Source of the DNA: Dendrobates tinctorius
Lineage: Eukaryota
DNA: 64,000 nucleotides
Assembly (NCBI RefSeq): GCF_039654945.1
Contig: NW_027361732.1
Coordinates: forward strand, 12,090,001 to 12,154,000
Direction of reading: 5' to 3'
Program-made: the position numbers and the translations under genes
Notes under the pieces: generated by a model
What the model was told of the DNA's origin: nothing
Database searches by the model: none
The model's input: only the letters and a program-made list of their open reading frames with translations
Shown here: piece after piece, positions 12,826-26,476 of the stretch
Layout of the letters: every line of letters begins with the position of its first letter
Numbering within the stretch: the first letter of the stretch is position 1

Positions 12826-13545
12826 TGTCACGGTCCAATTCTTGGATCCGTGTCAGAGTCTGGGTTCCCTCATGAAAATTTTTATTTTCAGGCTTCTGGG
12901 GGCATGATACGGGTTTTTGCCCCCGGTGGCCACAAGTGTCATTATATCTGATACTGTCTTTAGTTTACCTTTTGCCCCCGGTGGTCAGTGGGGTTATAGC
13001 AGCTTTTGGCCCCTGATCATTTGACCATTCCCTATTCCTATATAGGATCACATGGTCTATGAGCAGGTGTTGGTAACAGCAGCATTTTCCTTTTGGAGGC
13101 GAACCACAGTGTAGTGAGCAGCGGGCTCTGAGGTGAAGAGCCACTGCTGAAACTGGTGTGAACTCTGACTGCCTGGTGTCTGCAGCAGAGTTAGATGGTG
13201 AAGGTGGCAGCTGGCTCTTAGGTGTTGAGCCACTGCGAAAAGTTTTTCCGGTGATTCACTCTGCTGCCTGATGACTGCAGCAGAGCAAGATAAGTGTTTT
13301 GGTGTTTTTCCCTTTTTCCTTTGGGTGTTGTGCAGTACACTTTATTCTCTGTCTCACCTCCTGGGGAGGGGGTTGGTGGTTTAGCTCAGGGCTAAACAGG
13401 AGATAGGGACAGGTCGGGGACTTGGGCCTCACTACCTTCAAGTGTACCCCCAAGTTAAGGAAAGTCAGGGCACCTCCTTAGCCTGAGGGGCAGTTCAGGG
13501 GCCCAGGTTCCACGTCTCCTGCTTTGTCCCAACTGCCCCGTGACA
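12826..13545 (+). mobile_element. LTR 2 of the same element, followed by a second, truncated internal region (13546-13703)
   Basis: Preceded by polypurine tract GAAGGAGGGG. Followed again by TTATTACCAAC and the gag start, which is cut off at a (TA)n tract. Confidence 0.92.
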
Positions 13546-13702
13546 TTATTACCAACCGACCCATTTTTTCCTGGTGCGCCATGGCCCTAATGCAGACCTG
13601 TCTCCAATTTCTGCAGACCCTCACTGAGGAGCGTGGGGTGCTACGTGGCGTGGTGGAGCAGCAGCTGCAGCAGTGGGAGGAGTACGGGGCCTCAGCTCAG
13701 AT

Positions 13703-13707
<5 letters not shown>

Positions 13708-13758
<51 letters not shown>
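13708..13758. repeat. (TA)n microsatellite
   Basis: Read directly; a second mixed TA/TATG tract lies at about 14189-14268. Confidence 0.9.
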
Positions 13759-13760
<2 letters not shown>

Positions 13761-13799
13761 TGTATGTATATTCTGTATGTGTATATACAAATACATACA

Positions 13800-14190
13800 C
13801 AAAAGTCATGGTGCACTTTTGATCAGTCACTGGAAATCAACAAAAGACGATAGAAATGTGAAATCTGCTCCAAATAAAAGAAAAACTCTCCCAGTTTCAT
13901 ACCTCTTCGGTGCAGTTCAATGTGGGCTCCGTTTGTTGCCCTGCACACATCCAAACAACAGTGAAGCTCTTGCCACACACGGGTAAGAACATCTGCTGTA
14001 ACAGAGTGAATAACATCTGTGATTCTCTGTTTTAAGTGATTAATGTTGTTGATACGTTCAGAAGACACTGAACTTTCCTCTCTGCCGTCCACATCTCCTT
14101 TTATTTGGTGCAGATTTCCACATTTTCTAACGTCTTCTGTTGCTTTCCTGTGACTGGTCAAAAGTTCACCATGACTTTACGGACACACTG
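13800..14190 (-). mobile_element. Internally deleted mariner-superfamily element (DD41D/DD37D-like)
   Basis: ~80-bp imperfect TIRs (AAAGTCATGGTG...CCAAATAAAAG). The minus strand encodes a transposase C-terminus, HLKQRITDVIHSVTADVLTRVWQEL...CRATNGAHIE. Confidence 0.7.
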
Positions 14191-14214
14191 TATGTATGTA
14201 TGTATGTGTGTGTG

Positions 14215-14253
<39 letters not shown>

Positions 14254-14270
14254 ATATATATATATATGCA

Positions 14271-15300
14271 CAGCTCTGGCAAAAATTAAGAGACCACTGC
14301 ACAGTTTTATAAAAATCAGCTTCTCTACATGTCTGACAGCCATTCCATTCCACTGTCAGTTGAATTCCAACCAGAGTACACCTCAATCTTCTTAATGCGC
14401 CTCTGATTAGGTGATCACCTGAACCAAATCTTGTGATCCATAAGGATTGGACCATAGAGGACTGGAGTAAGGTAATCTTCTCTGATGAGTCTAATTTTCA
14501 GCTTTGCCCAAAACCTGGTCATCTAATGGTCAGGAGGAGACCTGGAGAGGCATACAAGCCATAGTCTCTTGCACCGACTTTGAAATTTGGTGGAGGATTG
14601 ATGATGATCTGGGGATGCTCCAGCAAGCCTGGAATTAGGCAAGTTAATCTTTGCGACGAACGTATGACTCAAGCCGTATACAAGGTTATCCTGGAAAAAC
14701 GGTTGATTCCTTCTGCTTAGGCAATGTTTCCCAACTCTGAGGACTGGTTTTAACAGCAGGACAATGCGCCATGCCACACAGCTAGGTCAATCAATGTGTG
14801 TATGAAGGACCTTCACATCAAATCCCTGTCATGGCCAGCCCAATCTCCAGACCTGAACCCCATTGAAAACCTCTGGAATGTAATCAAGAGGAAGATGGAT
14901 AGTCACAAGCCATCATACGAAGAACTGCTTACATTTTTGTACCAAGAGTGGCGCAAGGTCACCCAAAAGCAGTGTGAATGAAAGGACTGGTGGAAAGCAT
15001 GCCAAGACACATGAAAACTGTGATTAAAAATCATGGTTATTCCACAAAATATTCATTTCTGAACTCTTCCTGAGTTAAAACATTAGTATTGTTGTTTCTA
15101 AATGATTGTGAACTTGTTTTCTTAGCATTATTTGAGGTCTGCAAGCACTGCATTTTTTTGTTCGTTTGACCATTTCTCATTTTCTGAAAATAAATACAAA
15201 ATTTATTGCTTGGAGATTCGGAGACAAGTTGTCACTAGTTTATAGAATAAAAGAGCAATTTACATTTTACTCAAAGATATACCTATAAAGTGAAAAATCA
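14271..15300 (+). mobile_element. Deleted Tc1 element retaining catalytic-domain remnants
   Basis: Starts CAGCTCTGGCAAAAATTAAGAGACCAC; WSKVIFSDESNF, QDNAPCH and WPAQSPDLNPIENLW motifs with stops. Confidence 0.85.
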
Positions 15301-15479
15301 AAGTGAAAATTACTGAAAAAAAATTAAGACTTAAACTGTAATGCATCATTTATCTAAATGTCCACTTTGTAAATGTAAAAGTATATTGTAAGCAAAGAAA
15401 TTGGTGAGAGAGATTTTTTTGGAGAAAATGATTTTGAATACCATTTTATTTTAGATACAAAGTTTTATTCCAAAAAGTA

Positions 15480-16288
15480 CAGATAGTCCTCGGGTTACGA
15501 ATTAGATTCGTTCTGAAGCCAAATATGTATGTATGGTAAGTTGGAACAGGGTTGAGAATAAAAACAAATACTCACCGCTGACCACTCTGTCTGCCCCACT
15601 GCTCACCACCCGCCATCCAATCATCTTTTCACACTGTCATGCGCCACATCCCCAGTCTCTTCACTGTAGACCACAGACTTATGACAGCATTCACGCCTCG
15701 GAGGTTACTGCACTTCTTACGGTTATGACGTCAACGATGGAAAGAAAAGGGTCAGATGTCAGGTGGCAAGCAGCAGAGTAGCCGTAGAGGTGAGCTTTAA
15801 GTTTTTTTTCTGAACCAATATTCACCTCTGCAGCCACCTAGCTATTCACTGGTCCTCTTTTTACCATCATCGGGCATGCTGCATCTCCAGCCTATTTATT
15901 ATAAACCAGGATACTATGTTTCATAAGGTTACAATGATGATGCAACCTTATGACATAAAGTGAGCTCCAGGTTGCACTCGGTCATAAGTTTTGGTCTTTA
16001 TTGAAGAAGCCGGAGTTGCGATGCACAAAAATGGAAAGCATGGAACCGGATTTAATCTTCAGGGTTTAATCTTCAGCAGCGCACTATTTCCCTGCCTCTC
16101 TGCTTCCTGTTTGCTGGAGGAGAATGCTCCTGAAGATTGACAGCTCATCCCAGAGGCATAGTTTTGCCACTTGTCCAAATCGTGCCAGAGAGGTCAGCAG
16201 TGGGGTGAGTATATTAGGTTGAATTTGGAACATCGTAACCAGGGGTCGTACGTAAGTTGGATGTTCGTAATTTGAGGATGGGTATTTG
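15480..16288. mobile_element. Degenerate pogo/Tigger-like non-autonomous element
   Basis: TA|CAGATAGTCCTCGGGTTACG left end, with a degenerate inverted end near 16265-16288. Confidence 0.45.
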
Positions 16289-17394
16289 TGCAACTGTGGA
16301 TGAAATGTTAAGGGCCTACAATCATCATTCAACATTAACATGATAAGTTGCATCCAATAGGCACAAGTTCACTGTGGTTTGTGTTAGTTTTTCAGTTACA
16401 AAAGAATAGGCTTATAATTTCTCTTTATATTTTGAGAGTTCTTAAATTCAGGAAATAGGTAATGATCCAAATATTAGAAATTTGGTTTGACTAAATTTCT
16501 CCTTTAACAAAGTATTTTATTTTATTGTAAGTAACATCTAGCAGTAGTGCGAGCTCCCCACAGCCCGTAAACTCCCAATCCCTGCAATAGTAATTTTTGA
16601 AACAGCTAGACAATACAATAAAGGGATAGCAGCAGTGGCCATTTTAATGTTTGTTCATGTTACTCCACGCAAGACTGCATACTCATTAATCAAAGAAGTC
16701 AAAAAATGTGCCTCTCTCATAATGTGGCTATAATTCATTTTCTTAGGGAATGTTTCTAAAATGCGCTTTCTGCATCTAATTTTTCCTCACTAAAGCTAGT
16801 TATGCAAAATACATGCTCCAAATTCATTTTTCACTGTCACATATTTGTATGTGATCCAGGTGAATCAATGCAAACAATTGTCACTTCCACTTTTCCTTAA
16901 AGCATGGCTCCCCTTAGAACACCTCAAAAGTTCAGAATGCTACGTTTTTGTTCTTGGCTTATAATCATCAGCTTTAACCTTTTATGCAGGGACTAGAATA
17001 TTCTGCCTGTATATACCTTCCCAATGAAGAATTGGTCACAGGTTTAATCTTCAGGAGCGCACTATTTCCCTGCCTCTCTGCTTCCTGTTTGGTGGAGGAG
17101 AATACTTCTGAAGATTGACAGCTCATCCCAGAGGCATAGTTTTGCCACTTGTCCAAATCGTGCACTCTCTGATTGCTGTAGTGACATTGGAGATGCGCAG
17201 AGACACTAAAGACGAATGGATTGCGTGTTCCAAGGATCAAGCCAACTTTAGAGCAGCGAACAGCGCTTACAGGAATTGATTAAAATGAGCCTATAAGCAC
17301 TGCTAACCTTTAATTTTTAATATTAAAATGTAAATGGTCTCAGCTTCCTAAATAAGTAAAATGTCCTAGTGTAAATGCTGCGGAATATAATAGC

Positions 17395-17849
17395 TGTCAC
17401 TATTCCCCATAGAATCAGGGGTGTGCTGAGCTGTTAGCTTTGGGAGTGACAGCCAGCCAGACACCCATTCAGAGGCAGGGGCGTGCTAGGCTTTAAATAT
17501 TGTCATTGACAACCAAGGCTACCAATCTCGTCTGACTAGCTGGATTTCCTTCTGGTGTCATCCCTTCTGAGCGAGTACCTGGCTATTTAGCTGGCTGACA
17601 ATTATCAGATCATTGCCAGTCATATCTTTGCTCGGTGGTATGTGTGCTTGTGTTCAGCTATTCAAATCTTTGTTGCCTGACCTTGGACTTTGCCTTTGAC
17701 ATATTCTGACCTTTGCTGCCTAACCTTGGACTCTGCCTTTTGACTATTCTTTTTGCCTTATCCTTTTGCCTTTGACGTGCTCTCCTGGTATCCGACTCCT
17801 TGACTTCCTTGTCTCACAGCTTGTCTGTCATAAGTGACTTAGTGTCACA
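17395..17849. mobile_element. Solo LTR
   Basis: TG...CA termini with an exact 5-bp TSD ATAGC (17390-17394, 17850-17854); it splits a SINE/L2-like tail (GCTGCGGAATAT...GCGCTATATAA). Confidence 0.8.
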
Positions 17850-18980
17850 ATAGCGCTATATAAGCATAATAATAAAAATAACAGTGCTTGTAAAAATAAG
17901 CAACTTTGCCATTTACTTTTTAAAAATCATACCTCTTCTCACAAATGGAGGGATTTTTAATTTTATAGTTAGCTGCTGTTTTCAACTTTACTGGCCACCA
18001 CTGCAGTGCATTAGAGGTGGCTGGTTTTCTAGGCAGTACGTACAGAATTGCAAGTGCAGCTCTGAAGTTGTACGTATTAGTGGACTTGGCCAGTTGCAGT
18101 ACCCCTGCTTCTCTTCCGTCTTCCGATGCTGCGGCATGTTACCTTTGTTTGCAGCATGGGAAGAGTGCATCGTTAAGACCAGTGGTGTGACCATGCTTTT
18201 GGTTTGAATTTTTTTTTCTTTACAAAGGCACCACCCCCAGAAAGCCGAGAGACGGATAAATGGTGCGCTCCTGAAGATAATTGCACAGTCCCTTTACGTT
18301 TGTTACACGAGTGCAAAAGTTGTGCTTCTCATTTTATCTAAAATTGTTGTACTGCATACCACTTCAGAATAACATTGATTCTAAAGACAATAGAAGTCCT
18401 GCAAATCCTTGCAGCAACTTGTCTAAATCGCCAGTGCTTTCCATATTCAGGGTATTTTTTTATTAATTTTGGTACCTTTCATGTATTTACTGAATGGAAT
18501 AACAGTTATCCTTTTGTGATATTCTGATGTATTCCAGCCTGTTGGAGGCTCAAAGTACAGCTATTTTGCCTCCATCTGACAGGAGAACCCTATAGACATG
18601 TTTTATTGTGTATGTTGTGAACTTCTCTGATGCATATTCTGACAGAAAACCAGTAACTTGAGGCCCTCATTGTGAAAAATGTTATTAGATAAACTTTATA
18701 CGCAACCTCCAAAGGATTTTTCCAGCTTTTCAAGGTTAAATTGGAGCCCCCTTTTTGGTATAAAAGCTGAAATTAAACAGAGCTTATTCCACAGTGTAAA
18801 CCTACAGTGTATTTTTTAGTTATTATTTCTTCTGAACCTCTAGTCCAATCTGAATTATGATTTCATCATTGCTGCTTCTTCATGACTATTGACGTCTAGA
18901 TCCTTTACCCACGGGATAACCATTAGCTGCTAATATGTATTATAAGTTTAATCACCAGGGTACATTATACTTGAGTTTAA

Positions 18981-19419
18981 ATGGAATCTGTCAGCAGGTT
19001 TTTGCTACCTAATCTGAGAGCAGCTTGATTTAGGGGCAGAGACTCTGATTCTGGCTATGTGTCACTTACTGGTCTGCTTGTCGTAGTTTCAGTAAAATCA
19101 GTGGTTTGTCAGCAGATTATTATGAGGTCTATTTGTCTTTGAGCCATGTAGTCCCCCTGATCTGTATCCCCACCCCCACCACTGATTGGCAGCTTTCTAA
19201 CTATGCACAGTGTACACAGCTGCCAATTCGTTGTGAGGGCAGGATTGTACTGAGCTCAACCTTAACAGAACTGCTTGATCTATAACAGAGAAAAATAGGG
19301 GTTTTATCAAAACCTCACCAAGCAGTCCCAAAAGAGATTCAATGCTGAAATTGAGGGTCTCTGTCTCTACACCATGCTGCTTTCAGATTACACAGTTAAA
19401 ACCTGGTTATAGATTCCCA
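18981..19419. mobile_element. T2/Kolobok-type MITE, followed directly by a second truncated one
   Basis: TTAA flanks and imperfect long TIRs (GGAATCTGTCAGCAGGTTTT / AAAACCTGGTTATAGATTCC). Confidence 0.65.
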
Positions 19420-19982
19420 TTAAAGTGAACCTGCCAGCAGGATTGTGCACAGTGACCTATAGACAGTGTCAGGTCGGCGCCGTTATACTGATTACAATGA
19501 TACCTTGGTTGATGAAATGCGTCTTGTGGTTGTTTAAACTTTATTTGTAGTTTTCAGTAAATGGTATGCTCGTACCTTGGGGTGGTCTTCATGTGTGGCT
19601 TATGACAGGTCACAGTCACAGATCCCTCAGTGATCTGTCCCCTGTTTTACATACTGATTATTATATGTATTGAAAAAAATACATATAATAACCTCGCCTC
19701 TGTTGTTCGGTTCCAAGTAGCCATTATTCCCATCTCTGCCTTGAAGGGCGGCTATTTGAATAACCAGGGGTTATCTTCAAATTTTTATCAAGTTCCCGTT
19801 TGTGTTTGGAAACCATGTTAATTTGAAGATCACACCCATTCTGTTTTCCACATTCATTTTGACACCTACTTTCCTCATCCACAAAATAAAAGTAACAGGA
19901 GCTAAAAGTGAAAGCGCTTTCCCTTCTTACTCTACCTGTACCTTCATTTATAGTCTCAATGCCTCATGTCCAGTACAAGTTA

Positions 19983-22757
19983 CATAGAATCATAGAATCG
20001 TAGAGTTGGAAGGGACCTCCTGGGCCATCTGGTCCAACCCCCTGCTCAAAGCAGGATTCGCTAAATCATCCCAGTCAGATGTCTGTCCAGCCTCTGTTTG
20101 AAGACTTCCATTGAAGGAGAACTCACCACTTCTCGTGGCAGCCTGTTCCACTCATTGATCACTCTAACTGTCAAAAAGTTTTTTCTAATATCTAATCTGT
20201 GTCTCTTCCCATTCAGTTTCATCCCATTGCTTCTAGTCTTTCCTTGTGCAAATGAGAATAAAGTTGATCCTTCTACAATGTGACAGCCCTTTAGATATTT
20301 GTAGACAGCTATTAAGTCTCCTCTCAGTCTTCTCTTTTGCAAACTAAACATTCCCAAATCCTGCAACCTTTCCTCATAAGACAGGGTTTGCAGACCGGTC
20401 ACCATTCTGGTCGCTCTTTTCTGAACTTGCTCCAGTTTGTTGATGTCTTTTTTAAAATGTGGTGCCCAAAACTGGACACAATATTCCAGATGAGGTCTGA
20501 CCAAAGAGGAGTAGAGGGAAATAATGACTTCACGTGATCTAGACTGTATGCTTCTGTTAATACATCCTAGAATTGCATTTGCCTTTTTTGCTGCTGCATC
20601 ACACTGTTGACTCATATTCAGTCTGTGATCTATTAGTATACCCAAGTCTTTTTCACATGTGCTGTCACTTAGCCCTATTCCTCCCATTCTATATATGCTT
20701 TTTTCATTTTTATTGCCCAGATGTAGTACTTTGCATTTCTCCCTGTTAAAAACCATTCTGTTAGTTGCTGCCCACTTCTCCAGTTTATTTAAATCTTTTT
20801 GAATCCTCTCTCTCTCTTCTCTAGTATTAGCTATCCCTCCTAGCTTTGTGTCATCAGCAAATTTAATCAGTTTACCCTCAATTCCTTCATCTAAATCGTT
20901 GATAAAGATGTTGAACAATACAGGGCCCAGGACAGAGCCCTGTGGTACCCCACTTGAGACATTCTTCCAACTGGATGTGCAGCCATTTACGACCACTCTT
21001 TGGGTCCGATTACTAAGCCAGTTATGAATCCACCTAACAGTTGCCTTGTCCATTCCATACTTAGTCATTTTTTCAATAAGGATTGTATGAGAGACTGTCA
21101 AATGCTTTGCTGAAGTCAAGATATACTATATCTACAGCATTTCCTTGATCCACCCAATCAGTGATACCGTCATAGAAGGAAATTAAGTTAGTCTGACATG
21201 ACTTATTAGTTAGAAACCCATGCTGACTCTGTTTAATCACTTCATTCTTATCCAGGTATTGACATACATGTTGTTTAATAATTTGTTCAAAGATCTTTCC
21301 TGGTATAGAAGTCAGACTCACCGGCCTATAGTTGCCTGGGTCCACCTTCTTCCCCTTTTTGAAGATAGGAACAACATTTGCTCTTCTCCAGTCTTCTGGC
21401 ACTTTTCCTGTTCTCCAAGAATTTTCAAAGATTATGGAGAGGGGTTCAAAAATTTCTTCTGCTATCTCCTTCAGTACTCTGGGGTGTAATTCATCTGGAC
21501 CTGGAGACTTGAATTCATTTAGGTTAGCTAAGTGTTTCCTCACTATCTTTCTGTTTATAGATATCCTGGATTCTTCTATTCCCATAATAGGACAGTGAAT
21601 AACAGTTGATGTTGCATTTCCTTTCTGAGAGAAAACAGATGCAAAATAGGAATTTAAAAGTTCAGCCTTCTCAACATTCTGTCTTACCATTTCATCATTT
21701 TCATCCTGTAAAAATCCTATAGCATCTTTGACTTTTCTTTTACTTTTGACATATCCCCAAAATCCTTTATTATTGCTTTTGACATCTCTTGCAAGCCTCA
21801 GATCATTTTCAGCTTTAGATAATCTGAATTGTGCCCTGCAGGTTCTGCAGACAGCATTATATTCTTCTTTAGATATGCCTCCCTCTTTCCATTTTATAAA
21901 CATTTTTTTCTTCCTTTTTAGCATGTGCTTAAGTTCTGTGTTCATCCATCCTGGTTTCCTTAAATGCTTCCTATTCTTCCCTCTTTTCGGAATTGTTAAC
22001 AACTGTGCTTTGAGAATTTCATTTTTCAAGATTTCCCATCCTTCCTGGACATTTTTGTCTTTAAGGATATCCAGCCATTGGATCCCTCCAATTCTCTTTC
22101 TGAATCCCTTAAAATCTGCCTTTCTGAAATCTAACCTTGACGTCTGAGTCTTCACAGGTCTTCCACCTCTAGTTATCCAAAATTCTAAAATAGCATGGTC
22201 GCTACCTCCTAGGGTCCCAGCCACTTTTACCTCCTCAACCATTTCCTCCCTGTTTATAAGGATTAGATCCAAGGTAGCAGTTCCCCTTGTTTTCTCCCTT
22301 ACCTTTTGGAAGATAAAGTTGTCAGCAAGAGAGGATAAGAATTTCCTTGACCTGTTAGTTTTGCCTGAGAGAGATTCCCAACAAATGTCTGGATAGTTGA
22401 AATCTCCCATGACAACTATGTCATATTTTTTGGAGAACTTGGCCATCTGATGCATAAAGAGTTCATCTATATCTTCGGCTTGCACAGGCGGCCTGTAGTA
22501 AATGCCTACAATGGTGTCCTTTCCATTGTTCTGTCCTTGTATTCTTACCCAAACAGTTTCCACAGAACTCCCAGTCTCTGAAGCTTCAATCTCTGTGCAG
22601 ATATACGCGTTTCGAACATACAATGCGACACCCCCTCCTCGTTTATCAAGTCTGTTTCTTGCAAATAAGTTGTATCCTTCTAGTCTTGTATTCCAATCAT
22701 GTGTATTGTCCCACCAAGTTTCAGTGATTCCAATTACATCATATTTCTTTTCCTGTG
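19983..22757 (-). mobile_element. 5'-truncated CR1 LINE
   Basis: (ATTCTATG)n 3' tail. ORF2 has APE endonuclease motifs (ETW, GDFN, SDH) and RT motifs (QGSVLGP, FADD), split by one frameshift near 21100. Confidence 0.95.
20061..22740 (-). pseudogene. CR1 ORF2 (endonuclease-RT), frameshifted at DFSKAFD/VSH
   Basis: ORFs 21073-22623 and 20061-21119 overlap at the frameshift. Confidence 0.9.
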
Positions 22758-23146
22758 TTACACATAGTTTCAGTCACTGACAGTCACTTCTTAGTATGCT
22801 GAATAATATTAAAAGGTTTTCTGTAACTTTTGAAAATTGGTACTAAAGGAACCAATCTCAAATTCAAAACAATGACCACCGTCACACTTTGACCAGACCA
22901 CATATTACCACCACATAGCTACCAAATACTACAACATTGATCATTATTAAAAACACAATACGAATAACACTAATATTACCATCAGTACATACATAGGAGC
23001 TCTGTATATACTGTACAGGTAATACTATTATCAACGGCGACATTTTACACAGGAGCTCTGTATATAGTGCAAGTCTACAGGTAATACAGTGAACACATTA
23101 TACACAGGAGCTCTGTGTATACCATGAAGTGTAAGTGTACATTTAA

Positions 23147-23525
23147 GGGTACGTGCACACGCTGCGGAATCCGCTGCGGATTAATCCGCACGGATTTTGC
23201 AAAAACCGCAGATAATCCGCAGGTCCAAAGACCTGCGGATTATCTGCGGTTTTGCCTGCGGTTTGGTCCTGCGGATTCACTATCTCCACAATGGTGGAGA
23301 TAGGAACCCGCAGCGGTTTCCGCAGAAAGAATTGACATGCAATTCTTTCTGCGGATTCAAAACCGCAGCAAATCCGCGCGGTTTTTTCCGCAGCTTCGGC
23401 ACAGCGTTTTTTTTTTTCCCATTCAAATGAATGGTACTGTACACCGCAGCTAAAACTGCTGCGTGTCCGCAGCGGCCAAAACCGCTGCAGAAACGCAGCG
23501 GAATCCGCAGCGTGTGCACACAGCC
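23147..23525. mobile_element. PIF/Harbinger-type MITE with CCGCAG/CTGCGG subrepeats
   Basis: GGGTACGTGCACAC / GTGTGCACACAGCC TIRs; TAA and TTA flanks. Confidence 0.8.
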
Positions 23526-23929
23526 TTACACAGTGACTTCCCAGTGAAGTCTCTAGTTGAAGTAATTTATCTTTGCTTTTTTTCTTCATCTGGTGCAGAC
23601 CGCTATAACTTCTTCCAACCAGGATTCGAATGCAGAAAGTGACAGTCATATATAGCTAATCATTTCTAAAACACATTCCCCACATTCCCCAACTTCTACA
23701 TTGCGCCAGATGAAGAAAAAAGCAACATAGTGCACATTAACAGGACCTGCCTTTTTTCCCCTATTACAAAAGTATCTTCAAAAGTAAAATATATTTCAGC
23801 AGTAATAATGTCCCTTAATTGGCACCTACATTAATTATGTCCCCCACTTGCATCCGTAAATTAATAATCTAGATATCCTGGCCCTTACCTGGAATAATGT
23901 TTTCCATCCTAACCCCTTTCTCTGTTAAC

Positions 23930-24242
23930 ATCCTCCATCCCTATCCCCATATGTCCCCCCATCCTGGTCCTCATGTGGCCTCCATCCTGGTCCCCATATG
24001 TCCTCCATAATGGTCTTCATAAGTCACCCATCTTGGTCCCTGATATGTCCCCCACTCTGGTCCGCACATGTCCTCTAACCTTGTTCCCATATGTCGCCCA
24101 TCCTGGTCTGCATATGTCCCTCTTATGACCTCCATCCTGGTCCCCATTCTTGGTTCTCCACATGTCCGCCATCCCAGTCCTCCTATGTCCTCCACTTTAT
24201 GTCCCCCATATGTCCTCCACCCTGGTCCCCATATGTCCTCCA
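23930..24242. repeat. Degenerate ~24-bp minisatellite (CCATCCTGGTCCCCATATGTCC) inside an older repeat
   Basis: Read directly. Confidence 0.75.
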
Positions 24243-26029
24243 TATAGCTGCCATTCCGTAACAAAATTTAAAAAAACATCTTGTTACCTGTCCACAATCA
24301 AGCGGCATCTTTTTCATCCTCCATAAATGATGCTGATGTTTCGGCTCCTGGCATCCTTGAGCACACATTCAGTTGAAATTGGCAGGTCCTGGCCAGGTAC
24401 TGGCTCGGGGCACGGCTTCTTGCTGGTGCAGGCAACGAGCTGCAATTTTAACAATGTTTCCTTGAACCAGCTGAATCCCACCCCTGGTAATAACCCTTCA
24501 ATACAAAAGACAAACACATCCATTTTGTATAACTTACTAATTGTTCTCATTTATTACTTTTTATGGCTTTGGCTAATAATGCAGAAACTTTTTTTTTTTT
24601 ATTAGATTTTATGTTTTTATTGGATTCCACCTCAAGTTAACACTCTGTATATCCTTAATAATGTAGATAAATATTTTTTCATTTAATGTTTAATATCTTT
24701 TACTTGCACCAAGATACCAAATTACATTTTCTATCATTAATTTATAAATTCATTTGTGCTCTCTCTTCCAACTTATTGCAAAGATGCCTGATTAAACTAC
24801 AGATATGTTGTGTAGGAAAAGTACACATGAAGTTCTTTTATCTTAGTTGACTATGCTAAAAAGACATAGGACCTCATTCATCAAGAACAGTGTTTTTCAT
24901 GCTGATCTCTATGAGGCAGTGTACTAGAGTTAGGAGCACCTGATTCAGTAAGAGGTGTGCACCTTGTCACAAATCTTAATTCAGTTGGGATTGAAGTAAG
25001 ATTTGTGGCGCATGGAACGCTGCAGCTCATCATGAATTTGATTAGCGGGGTTGGCATGCCCCTATCCCACCCCATCTCCACCCGCTTTATTAGAGCTGGG
25101 CAAAAATGGTGTGGAAACACCAAAAGTCGCAAAACATTTGTGCAGCCTTGTGTTACACCAAAATTTTGGGACTTTTCAGAGTTTTTTTATGCCAGAGTTC
25201 TAGCATAAAAGCATTGATTATTGGCGCCCATAGCATAAAATTACTACTATTATGCTCCACGATATGTTTGTCCCTCCTAGATTCCAGGTAGGAAATAAGA
25301 GTACCTTACTGAAAATAAGCCAACTATTGAAATAAGTGTTCTGAGGCACATGGCAATAGAAGAATAAATGGCAAATAAATAGCAGCATCATCATTCATAG
25401 CATGGCGTTATAATGAGCAAAACCGGGGTTCCATATGCTATACATCACACAGTATACTACACTAATGTCCTTACATACTAAAAACGCCTGACAAACAATA
25501 TAGCCATTTTGACAGTTATATTTGATGGAAGAGTTGAAGAATGAGGAATCGCAAGACATGAAGAAAGGAAAGGAGTGATCATCCATTTTACCGATGAAGG
25601 GGAGAATTTATCAATTATGGTGCATTCTTTCTACACCTTCTCATAGTGGATGCTACTGTTTTCTTTGTATCTTTTATTTTACTTTTTTGACTGTACTAAG
25701 TGAGATAACAGATGTCATTTAAAGGACTGTGAGATGCATGAATTCTGAACTGTCAGCATAATATCTGCATATTATGTTCACCAGGGAATGTAAAACAAAT
25801 GTGAACAATTTTATCATTCGATGGCATTGTGACAGCTGTACCGTGGGCAGAATTCTGAAATAAATGACCAGCTTCAATAAGTAAAAAATAATTAAAGCTT
25901 CAGTCATTGAATTTTTTTTTATCATTTCATTGTATTTTAAGGTATAATTTAGTTTTTTTTCAAGAAACAGAAGCATTTGGATTTGAAAATCTAACAAGGT
26001 ATTTCATTTATAGGTGGCTACGTTAATAA

Positions 26030-26476
26030 ATCGTTAGAGTAATCATAGTTTTAATTGTTATTTCATAAATATACAGTACACATGAAAGTAAGAAACTTTT
26101 TTCTCCTCCAGGACCGATCATTCATCTTCAAAATTCTCAACTCATAAGTAAAATCTGTATTTAGTGAAGAGCTAGGAGATGGCAGTAGGTGCTCATAAGT
26201 TTCTATGTATGTGGGCGGATTGGAGGAGGAGCTACAGGAAGAGCTCCTCCCCCTCCCCGCTACAAAGAACCTTATCCGTAGTAACTTCCATCCCCTTAAT
26301 GTAACAATCTGTCTTCACTAAATACAGATTTTACTTATGAGTTGAGAATTTTGAAAATTAATATTTAGCCCTGGAAGAGAAATAAGCAGATTTCTTTGAT
26401 TAGTTATAGTGTTAAGTTTATTTTCATGTGTGCTGTTGATTTATGAAATAAAAATTTAAACCAGGGTTACTCTTTT
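26030..26476. mobile_element. Palindromic T2-type MITE
   Basis: Perfect ~43-bp inverted repeat (26128-26170 vs 26312-26354) plus imperfect outer arms. Confidence 0.65.

Noticed and set aside
23143-23649. ORFs over the palindromic CCGCAG-rich and AGCGAT-rich segments (also 33155, 54928, 60365, 62091)
   Set aside because: By-products of stop-poor MITE subrepeats.
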